A stretch of 64,000 bases of DNA, from contig NC_086120.1 in NCBI RefSeq assembly GCF_963921235.1, positions 8,618,001 to 8,682,000 of the forward strand, given 5' to 3'. The notes beneath the pieces are model-generated. The model ran no database searches. It had not been told where the DNA came from and saw only the letters and a list, made by a program, of their open reading frames with translations. Shown one piece after another: positions 1-12,388 of the stretch (position 1 is its first letter; every line of letters starts with the position of its first letter). This DNA is from Mobula hypostoma. Taxonomy: Eukaryota. The position numbers and the translations under genes are program-made.

Positions 1-546
1 CATATTCTGAAGGTAAGGTATATTGCAAATGTAGCAGTCTAAGTTGGTGAACATTTTTAAACTTAGCACACACTTGAATCTACATGAGTCAGTGGCCTCG
101 GGATCACAAGGTATCACCAACACGGCAGAGAGATGAAATGTTAAATACAAAAGTAGTGTGGTATGTATGCGTGCATGTGTGCTTATGTAAGAAACTAAAC
201 ATTTCTGTGTTAATTTTGTGAGACAGGACAACCAGTCGTGATGGGTGGTTACTGGCAGTTTGAGATGCCAATCAGATACATGTATACTTGTTTTGAAAAC
301 TGTATTTTGGAAAAGGCATTTTCGTGTGTGTGTGTGTGATTTAATGATGCATCCGTAACGTTGGTGTAACAGTTAGATGCAAAGAAATATGACAGGCATT
401 TGTGCAGTACATAAGTTGCAGATTGCAGAATATGTACTCTGTGGGTTTAAGTATGTAGTGTTTAATTTTTATCCACCATTTATATTGTATGTAGTGTGGG
501 AATTAATGTGGAGATATTTGACGGAGACATTACACCCAGTTATATC

Positions 547-1311
547 TGTTAGGATGGCAGTGATTGCGGTCAGCGAATGTCAGGTTGAGATCCCTGAGAG
601 TCAAGCCAATCATAAACCTTGATTATGACCATCCCTAAGTCAATCAGCCCTGGAGAGAAGCAGAGGATTTTCTCAGATTTATCCTCACCAACTTTTCCTG
701 TACATCCATGAGAGTGTCCCGGAGACTAGTCATCAAGATTCTGACAATCCTTTGTAATGACATGGAATATGAACTTTTGCCTGTGATCCTGATACACTTA
801 TGACCCTGATACATTCTCCTTGCTGGTGCCCTGACCGAAGAGTAAGCAATAATAGCCACTACTGAGTTTTACCTATCACAACCCAAATTGGTGAAAGTAA
901 AGAATAAATAGCAAGGATTGACTTTAACAACCAATCTTTGACCTGAACATGGACTGGAGATTAAATTTTAAATGTAGACTTGGACAGTAGTTCTCTGGAG
1001 CTATGGAAACCAATTAATTGAAAACCAGTCAATTCTGATTAACATTCATTTTGTGTGTGTGGAGTGTGGGTGCAAAGAATGAAGTGTGAAAATTATATGT
1101 AATTCAAAGGAGGCATTGTAGATACATTGTAACTATAGAATTTTCTTTTTGCTGCCGGATTCGATCCTTAAAATGTAAAAGGTTGTGTAATATTGAGCCA
1201 AACAGGCATCTTCCTCCACGCGTGCCTCATTTTATTCAATAAAACACTTCAGCAAACACAAGCTTCAATATCTCTCTGATGACTTTGTTTGTAATGCAAC
1301 CGTTCCTGACA
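547..1311 (+). mobile_element. Putative solo LTR (ERV/Gypsy-like)
   Basis: Starts TGTTAGGA and ends TCCTGACA (7/8 inverted match, TG...CA). AATAAA lies about 70 nt before the end, followed by a U5-like tail. No matching TSD (ATATC vs GACAG), so the boundaries are uncertain. Confidence 0.4.
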
Positions 1312-1872
1312 GACAGAAAAAACTCAGACTACCCCATCTTTAGCGGTGTTGTCAGGAATTGGGTGTGTATTTAAATACCTACAACAGCAGCAGCAAATTC
1401 AGCAGCATGCTTGCATGCAGGATACATTTTCTTTACTGAGTGCTCCCTCATTCACTGTGTTAATTTGGAGCTCAGGTTCGGTTTCCGACAACACTGGAAC
1501 TGCAGGCCAGCATTCCTGGGAAGGAAAACACATTCAACAAGTATGACAATGGCCAAGACCTACCAATCACACAGAGAAATCTCACACCAATTTCTTCCCA
1601 ATTAGTGATATCTCAGTACTCACAGCAGGAGGAAAATAAATATAATTTGAGGTAATATTACTGAAAAAAAAATCAGTAAATCAAATAATACATCAGAAGC
1701 TGTGTAGTCCTTATTTAGCAACACACATACTGAGGCCATTCAGCCCACTGGGTCTATATAAGCTCCCAACAGAGTAGCTACATTAATGTCACATCCATTC
1801 CCCTCACATTCCCTAAAGCACCCTTCGATTCTTTTCCTGCTTCTTTACATAGAGAGGCAGTTTACAGTACCT

Positions 1873-3107
1873 CAGAAACATAGAAATATAGAAAACCTAC
1901 AGCACAATACAGGCCCTTCGGCCCACAAAACTATGCCAAACATGTTCTTACCTTAAAACAACATAGTCTTACCCATAGCACTCTGTTTTCCTAAGCTCCA
2001 TGTACCTATGCAGGAGTCCCTTAAAAGACCCTATCGTTTCCACCTCCACCATCACTGCCGGCAGCCTATTCAATGCACTCACCACTTTTTTGCGTAAAAA
2101 AAACTTACCCCTGAAATCTTTATCAGGTCACGTCTCATCGTCCGTTGCTCCAAGGAGTAAAAGCCGAATTCACTCAACCTATTCTCATAAGGCATGCTCC
2201 CCAATCCAGGCAATATCCTGGTAAATCTCCTCTGCACCCTTTCTATGGTTTCCACGTCCATCCTGTAGTGAGGTGACCAGAATGGAGCACAGTACTCCAA
2301 GTGGGATCTGACCAGGGACCTATATAGCTGCAACATTACCTCTTGGCTCTTAATCTCAATTCCACAATTGATGAATGCCAATGCATCGTATGCCTTCTTA
2401 TCCACAGAGTCAACCGGCATAGCAGCTTTGAGAGTCATATGGACTTGGACCCTAAGATCTCTCTGATCCTTCACACTGCCAAGAGTCTTGCCATCATATT
2501 TGACCTAACAAAATGAACCACCTCACACTTATCTGGGTTGAACTCCATCTGCCACTCCTCAGCCTAGTTTTGCATTCTATCGATGTCCCACTGTAACCCT
2601 TGACAGTTCTACACACTATCCACAAAACCCCAACCTTTATTTCACCAGCAAATTTACTAACCCATCCCTCCACTTCCTCATCCAGGTCACTTATAAAAAT
2701 CACAAAGAGTAGGGTTCCCAGAACAGACCCCTGAAGCACACCACTGGTCGCCAACATCCATGCAGAATATGACCGGTCCACTATCACCCTTTGTCTTCTG
2801 TTGGCAATACAGTTCCAGATCCACAAAACAATGTCCACTTGGATCTCATACCTCTGTACTTTCTCAATATTTCTCAATAAGATTTGAATGGGGTACCTTA
2901 TCAAATGCCATGCTAAAATCCATATACACTAAATCTATGGCTCTAGCTTCATCAATGTGCTCAGTCACATCCTCAAAATATTCAATCAGGCTCGTAAGAC
3001 ACGACCTGACTTTGACAAAACCAGACTGACTATTCCTAATCATATAATGCCTCTCCAAATGTTCATAAATCGTGCCTCTCAGGATATTTGCCATCAACTG
3101 ACCAATC
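1873..3107 (-). mobile_element. CR1 LINE, 5'-truncated (RT to 3' tail)
   Basis: Minus-strand ORFs with CR1 RT motifs (DFSMAFDKVPH, SGVLQGSVLG, HLEYCAPFWSP). (CATAGAAA)-type tail at the left end. Confidence 0.92.
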
Positions 3108-4099
3108 AACCTTGTCAGTATTGAGCAAGCAAAATTGAGCATCACTGGAAAATTTAAGTGCTCATAAAGAAAACAGACAAATTTCACATGGACAAGCTCA
3201 GGATCAATTCCAGGTCACTGAAGCCATGAGGTATCTCACTGCATTGCACACCTCACGTACTACCTAATCATGTGTGTGCCTATCCTCCCAATGCATGGCC
3301 CACTTCACCTGTTGGAAATAAATGGGGATAATCAGGAACTTGGGAGGCCCTCGGATTGGAAGGTCCTCATTTACTCTTCGCCATTTTGCATAAAACAGGT
3401 ACATTCCAAACCCGTGGGTTGGTAAATTGTGGGATAACAATTGAAGTGACAATGGGGATAGAGGAATGACAGCAAATTTATTGCACACCACTCTCCAGCC
3501 AAATACTGAAGAACAAAATTTCCCAGCGGATTGTAACACAGAGGATTTTGCAGGTGGTGAAATTCAGCATGGTTATGGTGTCTCAGCATAGCTGGTACCA
3601 TTATAGATTAGAGGGGACTGAGTTTCACTGCAAGGTTTCTTCATCAGCATCATTGCAAAAATACCTACACCATCTGAAAGATTGAGAGAGACCAACTCAT
3701 GTTCAGTGAGGTTTATGACTAAGTCCAATGATATTAGCAAACAAATGTGGGCACTAAAATTGCTCTCATACAGACTGTATCCTCATAACCTCAGTCAAAT
3801 CATCAGACTCTCTGACTATTGGAACACTGGAGATGGGGACAGGACCAGTTCATGCGGTCTCTCCATCCTGCTCCATATTTTAGTCAGGTCGTGGTTACAT
3901 AATCTCGGTCTCGACTGCACCTTATCACAGACTTGGGTTTGTACTATAGTTCGGATTACACACAGCCATGAATCTCTTCAATGGCTCAGACTGTTATGGA
4001 AGAAAATTGCAAAGATCCATTTTCTCTCTGGATTTTTAAAAATGTGCGGAGGTTGACAGTTCCCCAGAGTCTGGGCAGGTATATCCAAGAACACCGTGG

Positions 4100-4437
4100 C
4101 TGGCTAGAGAAGAAATTAGGAGCCTTGGTTGAGATACTATTTCCACTGATAGGCAAGCCTAGAACTAGGGGACATAGGATGTAGATGAGGAACTGCTTTT
4201 CCCAAAAAGTGTTGAATCAGTGGAGTTCTCTACCCAATGAAGTAGTGGGGTTTACCTCACTAAATACATTTAATACAAGGTTGGATAGATTTTTACTTAG
4301 TAGGGTAATTAAGAGTTATGGAGAAAAGGCAGGTGGAGATTAGTTCAAGGTCAGATCAGCCATGATTTTATTGAATGGCAGAGCAGGCTCGACAGGCCAG
4401 ATGCCCTACTGCTGCTCCTATTTCTTATGTTCTTGTT
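4100..4437 (+). mobile_element. Old CR1 3' fragment
   Basis: AGAACTAGGGGACATAG, GATCAGCCATGAT..TTGAATGGCAGAGCAGGCTC, ending TTCTTATGTTCTT. Confidence 0.8.
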
Positions 4438-4499
4438 TGATTCATCATTACCAACAGTGAAGTGCCTGTAAGTTGACTGTATGGTAGCCAACAAAGTGG

Positions 4500-5880
4500 A
4501 GGATTGTCTCTCGACCTGGTAGCCTATGATTAAGAGTGTGCCTCGGGGGATGGTGCTAGGCCCATTGATGTTTGGCATCTCTATCAAACAATTTGAACAA
4601 GACCAGACAAGGCATGATTAACAAGTTTGCAGTTGACAGTAAAATAGGTGGTATAGTAGGCAATGAAGAAGATCAATCAGATTTACAGGGGCAGCTTGAT
4701 CAGCTGGGGAAGTGAGATGGAGGATGTGAAATGGAGTTTAATTTGGCTAAGGACAAGGTATTCCATTTTTCAAGAGAAAATATGGATAGGTCTTTCACAT
4801 AAATGTGAATGTTGTTGAACAGAGCTCCCGTGGAGTGCAAGTACAAGTTTAATTGAAAGTATAGTCACCTTTAGACTAGGTGGCAAAGATGATTTTTGGC
4901 ACTATGGATTTCATTTGACATGACTTTCAGTATATAAGTTGGAAGGCCACGGTGCAGTTTTACAGAATATTGCTATCATTATACTTGAATACAAATTTGA
5001 ATGCCCTGCTAAAAAGAAAATATGATGAAACTGAAAAAAGTGCAGACAGGATTTACATGTTGCCAGGACTTGAGTAACTGTGTTATCGGGAGAAGTTAGT
5101 CAGGTTAGAACTGAAAGGTAATCAGATGGAGATAAACATAGAAACATAGAAACATAGAAAATAGGTGCAGGAGTAGGCCATTCGGCCCTTCGAGCCTGCA
5201 CCGCCATTTATTATGATCATGGCTGATCATCCAACTCAGAACCCAGCCTTCCCTCCATACCCCCTGACCCCTGTAGCCACAAGGGCCATATCTAACTTCC
5301 TTTTAAACATAGCTAATGAACTGGCCTCAACAGTTTGCTGTGGCAGAGAATTCCACAGATTCACCACTCTCTGTGTGAAGAAGTTTTTCCTAATCTCGGT
5401 CCTAAAAGGCTTCCCCTCTATTCTCAAACTGTGACCCCTCGTTCTGGACCTCCCCAACATCGGGAACAATCTTCCCGCATCTAGCCTGTCCAATCCCTTT
5501 AGGATCTTATACGTTTCAATCAGATCCCCCCTCAATCTTCTAAATTCCAACGAGTACAAGCCCAGTTCATCCAGTCTTTCTTCATATGAAAGACCTGCCA
5601 TCCCAGGAATCAATCTGGTGAACCTTCTTTGTACTCCCTCTATGGCAAAGATGTCTTTCCTCAGATTAGGGGACCAAAACTGCACACAATACTCCAGGTG
5701 TGGTCTCACCAAGGCCTTGTACAACTGCAGTAGTACCTCCCTGCTCCTGTACTCGAATCCTCTCGCTATAAATGCCAGCATACCGGGATACAGATCATGA
5801 AAGACATAGACAGGGTGATTGCACTCAGCCATTTTTTACAAATTTTGTGAATTAAGAACAAGAAGACATGAGTTTAATGT
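4500..5880 (+). mobile_element. Old degraded CR1 RT fragment, interrupted by a younger CR1
   Basis: Degenerate GVPQGSVLGP..FADD..IGG region; homology resumes at ~5787 after the insertion. Confidence 0.75.
5135..5786 (-). mobile_element. Young CR1, 5'-truncated, nested in old CR1
   Basis: Open RT C-terminal ORF (MLAFIARGFEYRSREVLLQLYKALVRPHLEYC...) and (CATAGAAA)n tail. Possible GATA duplication at 5131-5134 / 5787-5790. Nearly identical to 47146-48422. Confidence 0.95.
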
Positions 5881-6164
5881 CAGAGGGAACACCTTTCACA
5901 ACAGTGCTGCAGCTCATCACCAGCAATACTGAGAAAATGAGCCTTGAGAACACAGGTTCAGTTTTGGAAAGTGCAATTCAATTCACAATGCTGAACATTT
6001 TCACAGCAGCCAAACATTTCAGTAAACCAATAATCCACTTTTCTATGTTACTGGCTAATAACCATGCCAACCAATCAACTATATCGGTCAAAACCGTTAT
6101 GAAGTCTGCATTCATGATATAGTCATCAGTCATTAAGATTTGACCCCATCTATAATTTCTAGAT

Positions 6165-9100
6165 TTGCCGGTGTCGGTGCTGTGCAATTGCTCAGCAAAA
6201 GGAGGTGTATGACGCTCCTTCCGTCCGATAGCCTGCAGGTCACCCTTGGCAAGGTGTAGTACCTGTTTAGCCTCCCAGTCAAGGTCAACGTGAAGCCATG
6301 GTTTGCAGGTGGTGGATGGCTTTGCAAGCAGTTTCTACAAATGGCATTTATGGTAGTAAAATTAAAAACACTGGGCAGATGAATCTGCTGATCAATGGCC
6401 AGGGTTACCCATCCAGGATGGACAGTGTAACTGAAGAAGGCAACGGGAAACCACTTCAGTACTCCTCCCTTGTACAATCATGAACTCAAATCAACTGTGT
6501 TCTCAGCTCAAAGATGTGAATGGAGCCTTCACCGAATGAGCCTCATCCAGTAGAGGATCTCATGAGCCATAGGTGAACCTCACAGCTATCCAGCAACTGT
6601 CGGCAGTTCAAAAGCAAAAACGATCAGACTAGCAACCTGGAATGTAAGAACTCTTAACAAACCTGATAAACTAGACAACATCAAACATGAAATGGAAAGA
6701 TTAAAAATCAACATCTTGGGAATGTGTGAGATGAGGTAGAAAGGAACTGGTAGAACAAGCTCAGAGGGATATACCATCAGTTATTCAGGAGGAGAAATAC
6801 ATGAAAAAGGTGCTGGAATTATGTTAGGTGAAGAACATGCAAATCAATACAAGGTTATTGGACTATTCCAGATCAAATGTTACTATGGAATATACATGCA
6901 AAACCTTTTGACATTAAAATCATTGAAGTTTATGCCCCAACAGCAGACAGCAGTGAAGAAAGCATCAATCAATCTTATGACGGACTAGAAACAGCATTAA
7001 GACAATGTAAATCTCAGAAAATACCATTATTCAAGGTGACTTCAACGCAAAAGTAGTCAAGACCAGGGACGACGACAATATTGGGCATTACGGCAATGGT
7101 GAGTGAAATGAGGGAAGTGAACGACTAGCGACATGGGTCACAGAAAATGATGATATAATTGGTAATACCGTCTTCAAGCAACACCCGAGAAAACTATACA
7201 CATGGAAGAACACAGGGGATAATACCAGAAACCAAATTGATTTCGTGCTTATAAGGAGAAGATAGAAAAATGCTCTGATATCATGCAAAGCATATCCGGG
7301 TGCAGACTGCTACAGTGATCACGTACCAATAATCAGCGTGATGTACCTGAGACTCAGAAAGCTTAATAGACCAAAAGTACAGCCAAAGCTGAATTTGGGA
7401 CCTTTGAGAAGAAAAACAGTGACATCAGAAATGAATTCCAAATAACTGTGAAGAACAAATTCAAGGCTCTACTAAACGTCACTATTGTAGAACAGCAATG
7501 GAAAAACCTCAGAGACAGCATAACACAAGCAGCAAAAGAGGTGATTCGCAAACAACAGAAAAAAGCTAAAAAGAAATGGACGACAGAAGAAATTCTGAAT
7601 CTTATGGAACAAAGAAAATGTAAGGAAAATGGAAAAGCATGCATGCACAGATAACAACAAAGTGCAAGGAAACAAAAGAAAAGTAGCTTGAGGACAAATG
7701 TGAGTTAATAGAACAATTGCAGAAGACTAACAACAGCAAGCGTATTCATGACGGGATCAAGGAGGTCACAAATTGGAAGAAATGTGGGGCAGAAAGATGA
7801 TGTATGAAAGCAAAGGACGGCTCTGTAATTATGCAAAAAGGAAAAATAATGCAAAGATGGTCAGAATACATCAAAGACCATGAGGACAACTTTGATATTG
7901 GCAACAACAACGAGGGCCCAGCAATACTGAAAGGAGAAGTGGAACATGCTATGAAGAAAATGTGGAAGGGGAAATCATCAGGACCAGATGAAATTCTGGT
8001 TAAGCTGTATGAAGCGCTAGAAGATTTTGGCGTAGAGAAATTTACGATCTTATTGAATAGAATATACAATAATGGCAAAGTACCAGAAGATCTTTTAAAG
8101 ACAGTATTCATTGCACTGCCAAAGAAACCAGGTGCAACAGAGTGTGTAGAGCACAGAACAATAAGCCTAATGAGCCACCTCACAAAATTTCTACTTAGAA
8201 TCGTCATGTTCAGAATAAGGAACAGAATTTAACCAGAGATCAGTGAAGAACAGTGCGGCTTTGTCGAAGGCAAGGGGACATCAAACGCCGTTTATATTCT
8301 CGGGAATATTATCGGAAGGTCACTAGAAGTACAAAATGACCTATACCTCTGTTTCATTGTCTACACAAAAGCCTTTGACACAGTGAAACACTAAGTCATC
8401 ATGAAAATGCTTAAAGGTATTAAAATCGACGGAACAGATCTACGAATAATCAGAAATCTCTACTGGCAAAAAAGTGCAGTGATATGGATAGACAACGAGA
8501 TTGGTGAATATCAGCCAATAAAGCGAGGAGTCAGACAGTGTTGTGTTCTGTCACCAGATCTGTTCTCCCTGTACAGTGAAAACATCATGAGAACCATACA
8601 AGACCTACCTGGAATAAGTATAGGAGGATACAATATCAACGACATCCGCTATGTGGATGATACAATACTGATAGCAAACAGTGAAGTAAATTTACATAAA
8701 CTAGTACCTACCATCAACACAGAGAGCAAAACTCTTGGCATAACCTTAAACAAAAAGAAAACTGAAGTAATGGTAATATCAAAGAAACCTGATATCCCAA
8801 ACTGTAGGATCGTATTGGGAAATGATATACTGAAACAAGTTCACAACTTCAATTACTTTGAATCATGGGTAACATCTGATGGCTAATGCGAAACAGATAT
8901 TAATGCAAGAATAGCAATGACAAGAACAGCATTTACAGAAATGAGAAATATCGTAACGAACAAGAAAATAGCAATTGAAATCCGCCTTAGAACTCTCAGC
9001 TGCTACATTCTTCCTATATTGATGTATGGCTGCGCGTCATGGACCATCTCAAATGCAATGGAACAAAAGATCAAGGCACCAGAGATGTGGTTCCTCAGAC

Positions 9101-9441
9101 AAATGCTATGCATATCATATACGGACAGGATAACCAACGAAGAAGTTCTACAGAGAATGAAAGCAAAACATATATTACTTTAAAAAAAAATCAGAAGAAA
9201 GCAATCAAAATTCTTTGGACACATCATGCGAAGAGAGGTATTAGAACATTGAGTTACAACTGGAAAGCTGGAAGGAAAAAGAAGCAGAGGCAGAGAGAGT
9301 ATGAAAATGATAGATGGAATAACATCATGGTTAGAATCAGGGGAGGAAACAACTACAATTCGGAGGGTCAGGAACCGTGAAGGATGGAGAGACATGATCG
9401 TCCACGTCGAACGGCAAGGCACCTGAATGATGATGATTATT
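6165..9441 (+). mobile_element. Near full-length RTE-clade LINE, decayed
   Basis: 5' UTR with GAAGGCAACGGGAAACCACTTCAGTAC; APE start IRLATWNVRTL; RT (HRTISLMSHLTK, KAFDTVKH, YVDDTILIA); (TGA)n tail. Multiple stops and frameshifts. Confidence 0.9.
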
Positions 9442-9510
9442 TTGAGAGTTATTTTGCAGTTTCTAAAATAGATCTTACAAGTACATGTTTTTCCAAAGTT
9501 GGATAGCAAC

Positions 9511-12388
9511 ACACGATCCGGTCCGTGGACTCAGGGCTCCGGGTCTTCCAGTTGACCCTTGTTTGACAAACTCAAAGGAACATGATTCCCATCTTTGGGC
9601 TTGCAATATAAGTAGCCTTGGGATTGAGTGTGGGTGGCTGGTTTGTCGTGTCAGTCCCCCTTGGGGAAACGTGCTGATGGAAGGCTAGTAATCTCCAGGC
9701 CTGGTTGGAGGACCACTGCTTCATAGAGCTTTGTTGCCACTCGTTGGAGTGGTCCTTGCGGTATGGATTCGGCTGTTTCTCGGGCCAACTGAGTGGCTGC
9801 CAGACACTCCAAGCTAGGTGGGGATTTGGCTGTTTCCGTAGCCAGCTGAGGTTGCTGGCCAAACTGAGACTCGGAGCTTACCCAGAGCAGAGGTGGAACT
9901 ATCTGTCGTTCTTTGGTGTTTATCTCTTCTTGTCCTTGCCTCTGTGGGGTAAGTCCAGCCGTTCTGCCGTTACCTGACGGAGCGACCTGTTCCACCTGGA
10001 TGTGGAGATGAAGTTAAGTCCCGGCTTGTTGCAGGATAAGTCCCGACTCTATGTCTATGTCCTGTCCTGTCTCATGTTAGTGTTGTGTTAAAGATGAGTC
10101 CCAACTTGTCGAAGGATAAGTCCCGGCTCTATGTTGATGTTTAGACCCCAGCCTGTCTCCAGCCTCGAGAGCTAAGCTTCGAGGATTCCAAGCCAAGCTC
10201 AAGACCCAAGACCCCAAGCCTCGAGGATCCTAAGCCAAGCCCTAGACCTAAGACCCCAAGCCTCGAGGATCCCAAGCCAAGTTCAAGACCCAAGAACCCA
10301 GCCTCTATCCATGTCATGTCCTTGCCTGGTTCCGGGGTCCGAGCCCGAGGCAAGACTCAGGTTCTGGGTCCTTGTCCAGTCTCGGGTTCGGAGTCCAAGC
10401 CTTCTCTCCTAGTCCATGATTCCTAGTCCTGGTCCTGCTTTCCCGAGCCCAACACTGCGTTCTTGTCCCTGCTCCTTGCCAGAATCCTTTCACGTCCCTA
10501 CTCTAGTCAAGTCCTGTTCCTTGTACTTCAGTGTCTTTGTCTTGCATTTGGGTCCGTTCCCAGCACTCCATTGTGACAGAACGAACCAGCCAACCATGGA
10601 TCCAGCGACACAGTCACTGGAGATGAACTCTCGCCATCCAGAATTCACGAGTGCCGAAACCTCCCACCTACCCGCGCGAGTTGTCCTTAGTCCTGGAGAA
10701 CCTCTTCAGTCGCTCGGAGGCTCCCGTAGAAGCGGGGGCCGGGGTGGAGGGGGGGGGGGGCGGTGGGTACTGTCATAGTCCGGTCCGTGAACTCCCCATT
10801 CCGGTTCACGGTCCGGTCCGTGGACTCAGGACTCCGGGTCTTCCAGCTGACCCTTGTTTGACTAAATCAAAGGCACCTGATTCCCATCTTTGTGCTTGCA
10901 ATAGGAAATTGTGTGGACTAGGTTAAGGCTGGGGCACTGTGCATTAAACAAAACATTGAAAATGATAGGGAAACACCAGACAGGATTGTGTGAGGAATGT
11001 CAGGAAGAGGAGTCAGTAGAACATGTAGTTCTGAGTTGCAGGAAGTATGGGAGACAGAGAGAGATGATGAGAAACAAATTAAGGGAGTTGGGGATGCAGG
11101 AATTCACATTAAAAGGGTTGCTGGACATGGGTGAGAGAGCACAAGTCCGGGTATTTTTAGCGTTTTTAAGGGGTACAGCGTTTTTTTTTATAGAATATGA
11201 CGAATAAACAGAAATAGGATACTAGGATGGTCAAAGATGGGAGGGTGAAGTGTAAGTTTGTGTGTGTGTGTGTGATTGGGTGAAGGGATTTAGAATGTAT
11301 GTCTAGTGCACATTCTGGAGCAGAGGGTGGCGGTAATGCACCATTAAGCTGGATGCCAACCGCCGTAAAACAAGATACAGACAGACAGACAGTGTGGGCT
11401 GCTAGTTTGTCTCGTCAGTCCTCCTTGGAGCAACCTGCTGATGGAATGCTAGTGAAACCATTTGTGATCTCTCGGCCTGGTTGGAGGACCACTGCTTCAT
11501 GGAGCCTTGTGGCAACTCGTTGGAGTGGTCTTTGCCGTATGGATTCGGCTGTTTCCCGGGCCAGCTGAGTGGCTGCCAGCCACTCCAAGCTAGGTATGGA
11601 GCTGGCTGTTTCCGTAGCCAGCTGAGGTTGCTGGCCGAACCTGAGAGTAGGAGCTTCCCCGGAGCAGAGATGGAACTGTCTGTCGTTGTTTGGTGTTTGT
11701 CTCTTCTTGTCCTCGCCTCTGTGGGGTAAGCCAGGCCGTTTTGCCTTTGTCCTGCGGAGGGATCTGTCTTGTCTTGTCCTCGCCTCCAGGTGGTAAGCCA
11801 GGCCGTTTTTCCGTTGCCCTGATGGGGGACCTGTCTTGTCGTGTCCTTGTCTCTGTTTTGTAAGTCCGGCCGTTCTGCCGTTACCTGACTGAGACCCGTC
11901 CCACCTTGTGAGATGAAGTTGAGTCCCGGCTTATTGTAAGATAAGTCCTGGCTCTATGTCTTATGTTCTGTCCTGTCTCATGTTAGTGTCGTATTAAAGA
12001 TGAGTCCCGGCTTGTAGGAGGATAAGTCCCGGCTCTATGTTGATGTTTAGACACCAGCCTGTCTCTAAGCCTCGAGGATCCCAAGCCAAGCTCAAGACCC
12101 AAGGCCCCAGCCTCTAGCCATGTCATGGTCCTTGCCTGGTTCCGGGGTCCAAGCCGGAGGCAAGACCCAGGTTCTGGGCCCTTGTCCAGTCCTGGGCTCG
12201 GAGTCCAAGCCTTGTCCCCTCGTCCATAGTTCCTAGTCCTGGTCCCGCTCCACCTATCCCAGCTCTGCATTCTTGTCCCTGCTCCTTGCCTGAATCCTGT
12301 CATGTCCCGACTCTAGTCAAGTCCTGTTCCTTGTACTTCAGTGTCTGTGTCTTGCATTTGGTTCCGTTCCCAGCACCCCATTGTGACA
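9511..12388 (+). mobile_element. Non-autonomous Gypsy-type LTR element: 5' LTR 9511-10578, 192-bp interior 10579-10770, 3' LTR 10771-12388 (with LINE insertion)
   Basis: Two ~1.1-kb direct repeats, both ending CCATTGTGACA. The second starts TGTCA right after a G-rich PPT (GGAGGGGGGGGGGGGCGGTGGGTAC). The interior begins GAACGAACCAGCCAACCATGGATCCAGCG (MDPA gag start). The 5' LTR lacks its first ~40 bp. Confidence 0.85.
10904..11392 (+). mobile_element. I-clade (Nimb-like) LINE 3' fragment inserted in the LTR
   Basis: ORF RLRLGHCALNKTL...GLCEECQEEESVEHVVLSC (C-terminal CCHC knuckle of I-group LINEs); 3' stem-loop GGCGGT...ACCGCC; (ACAG)n tail. About 18 bp of LTR are missing at the site. Confidence 0.8.

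Larger units (their letters stand above)
1325..5880. repeat. Degenerate duplicated block, copy A (paralogous to ~58553-62270)
   Basis: Collinear matches by eye, e.g. GAGTGCTCCCTCATTCA, CAGAGAAATCTCACACCA, ATGGACAAGCTCAG, CCTCCCAATGCAT, GATCAGCTGGGGAAGTGAGATG, GCACTCAG..ATTTTTT. Interrupted by younger CR1 insertions. Confidence 0.75.
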
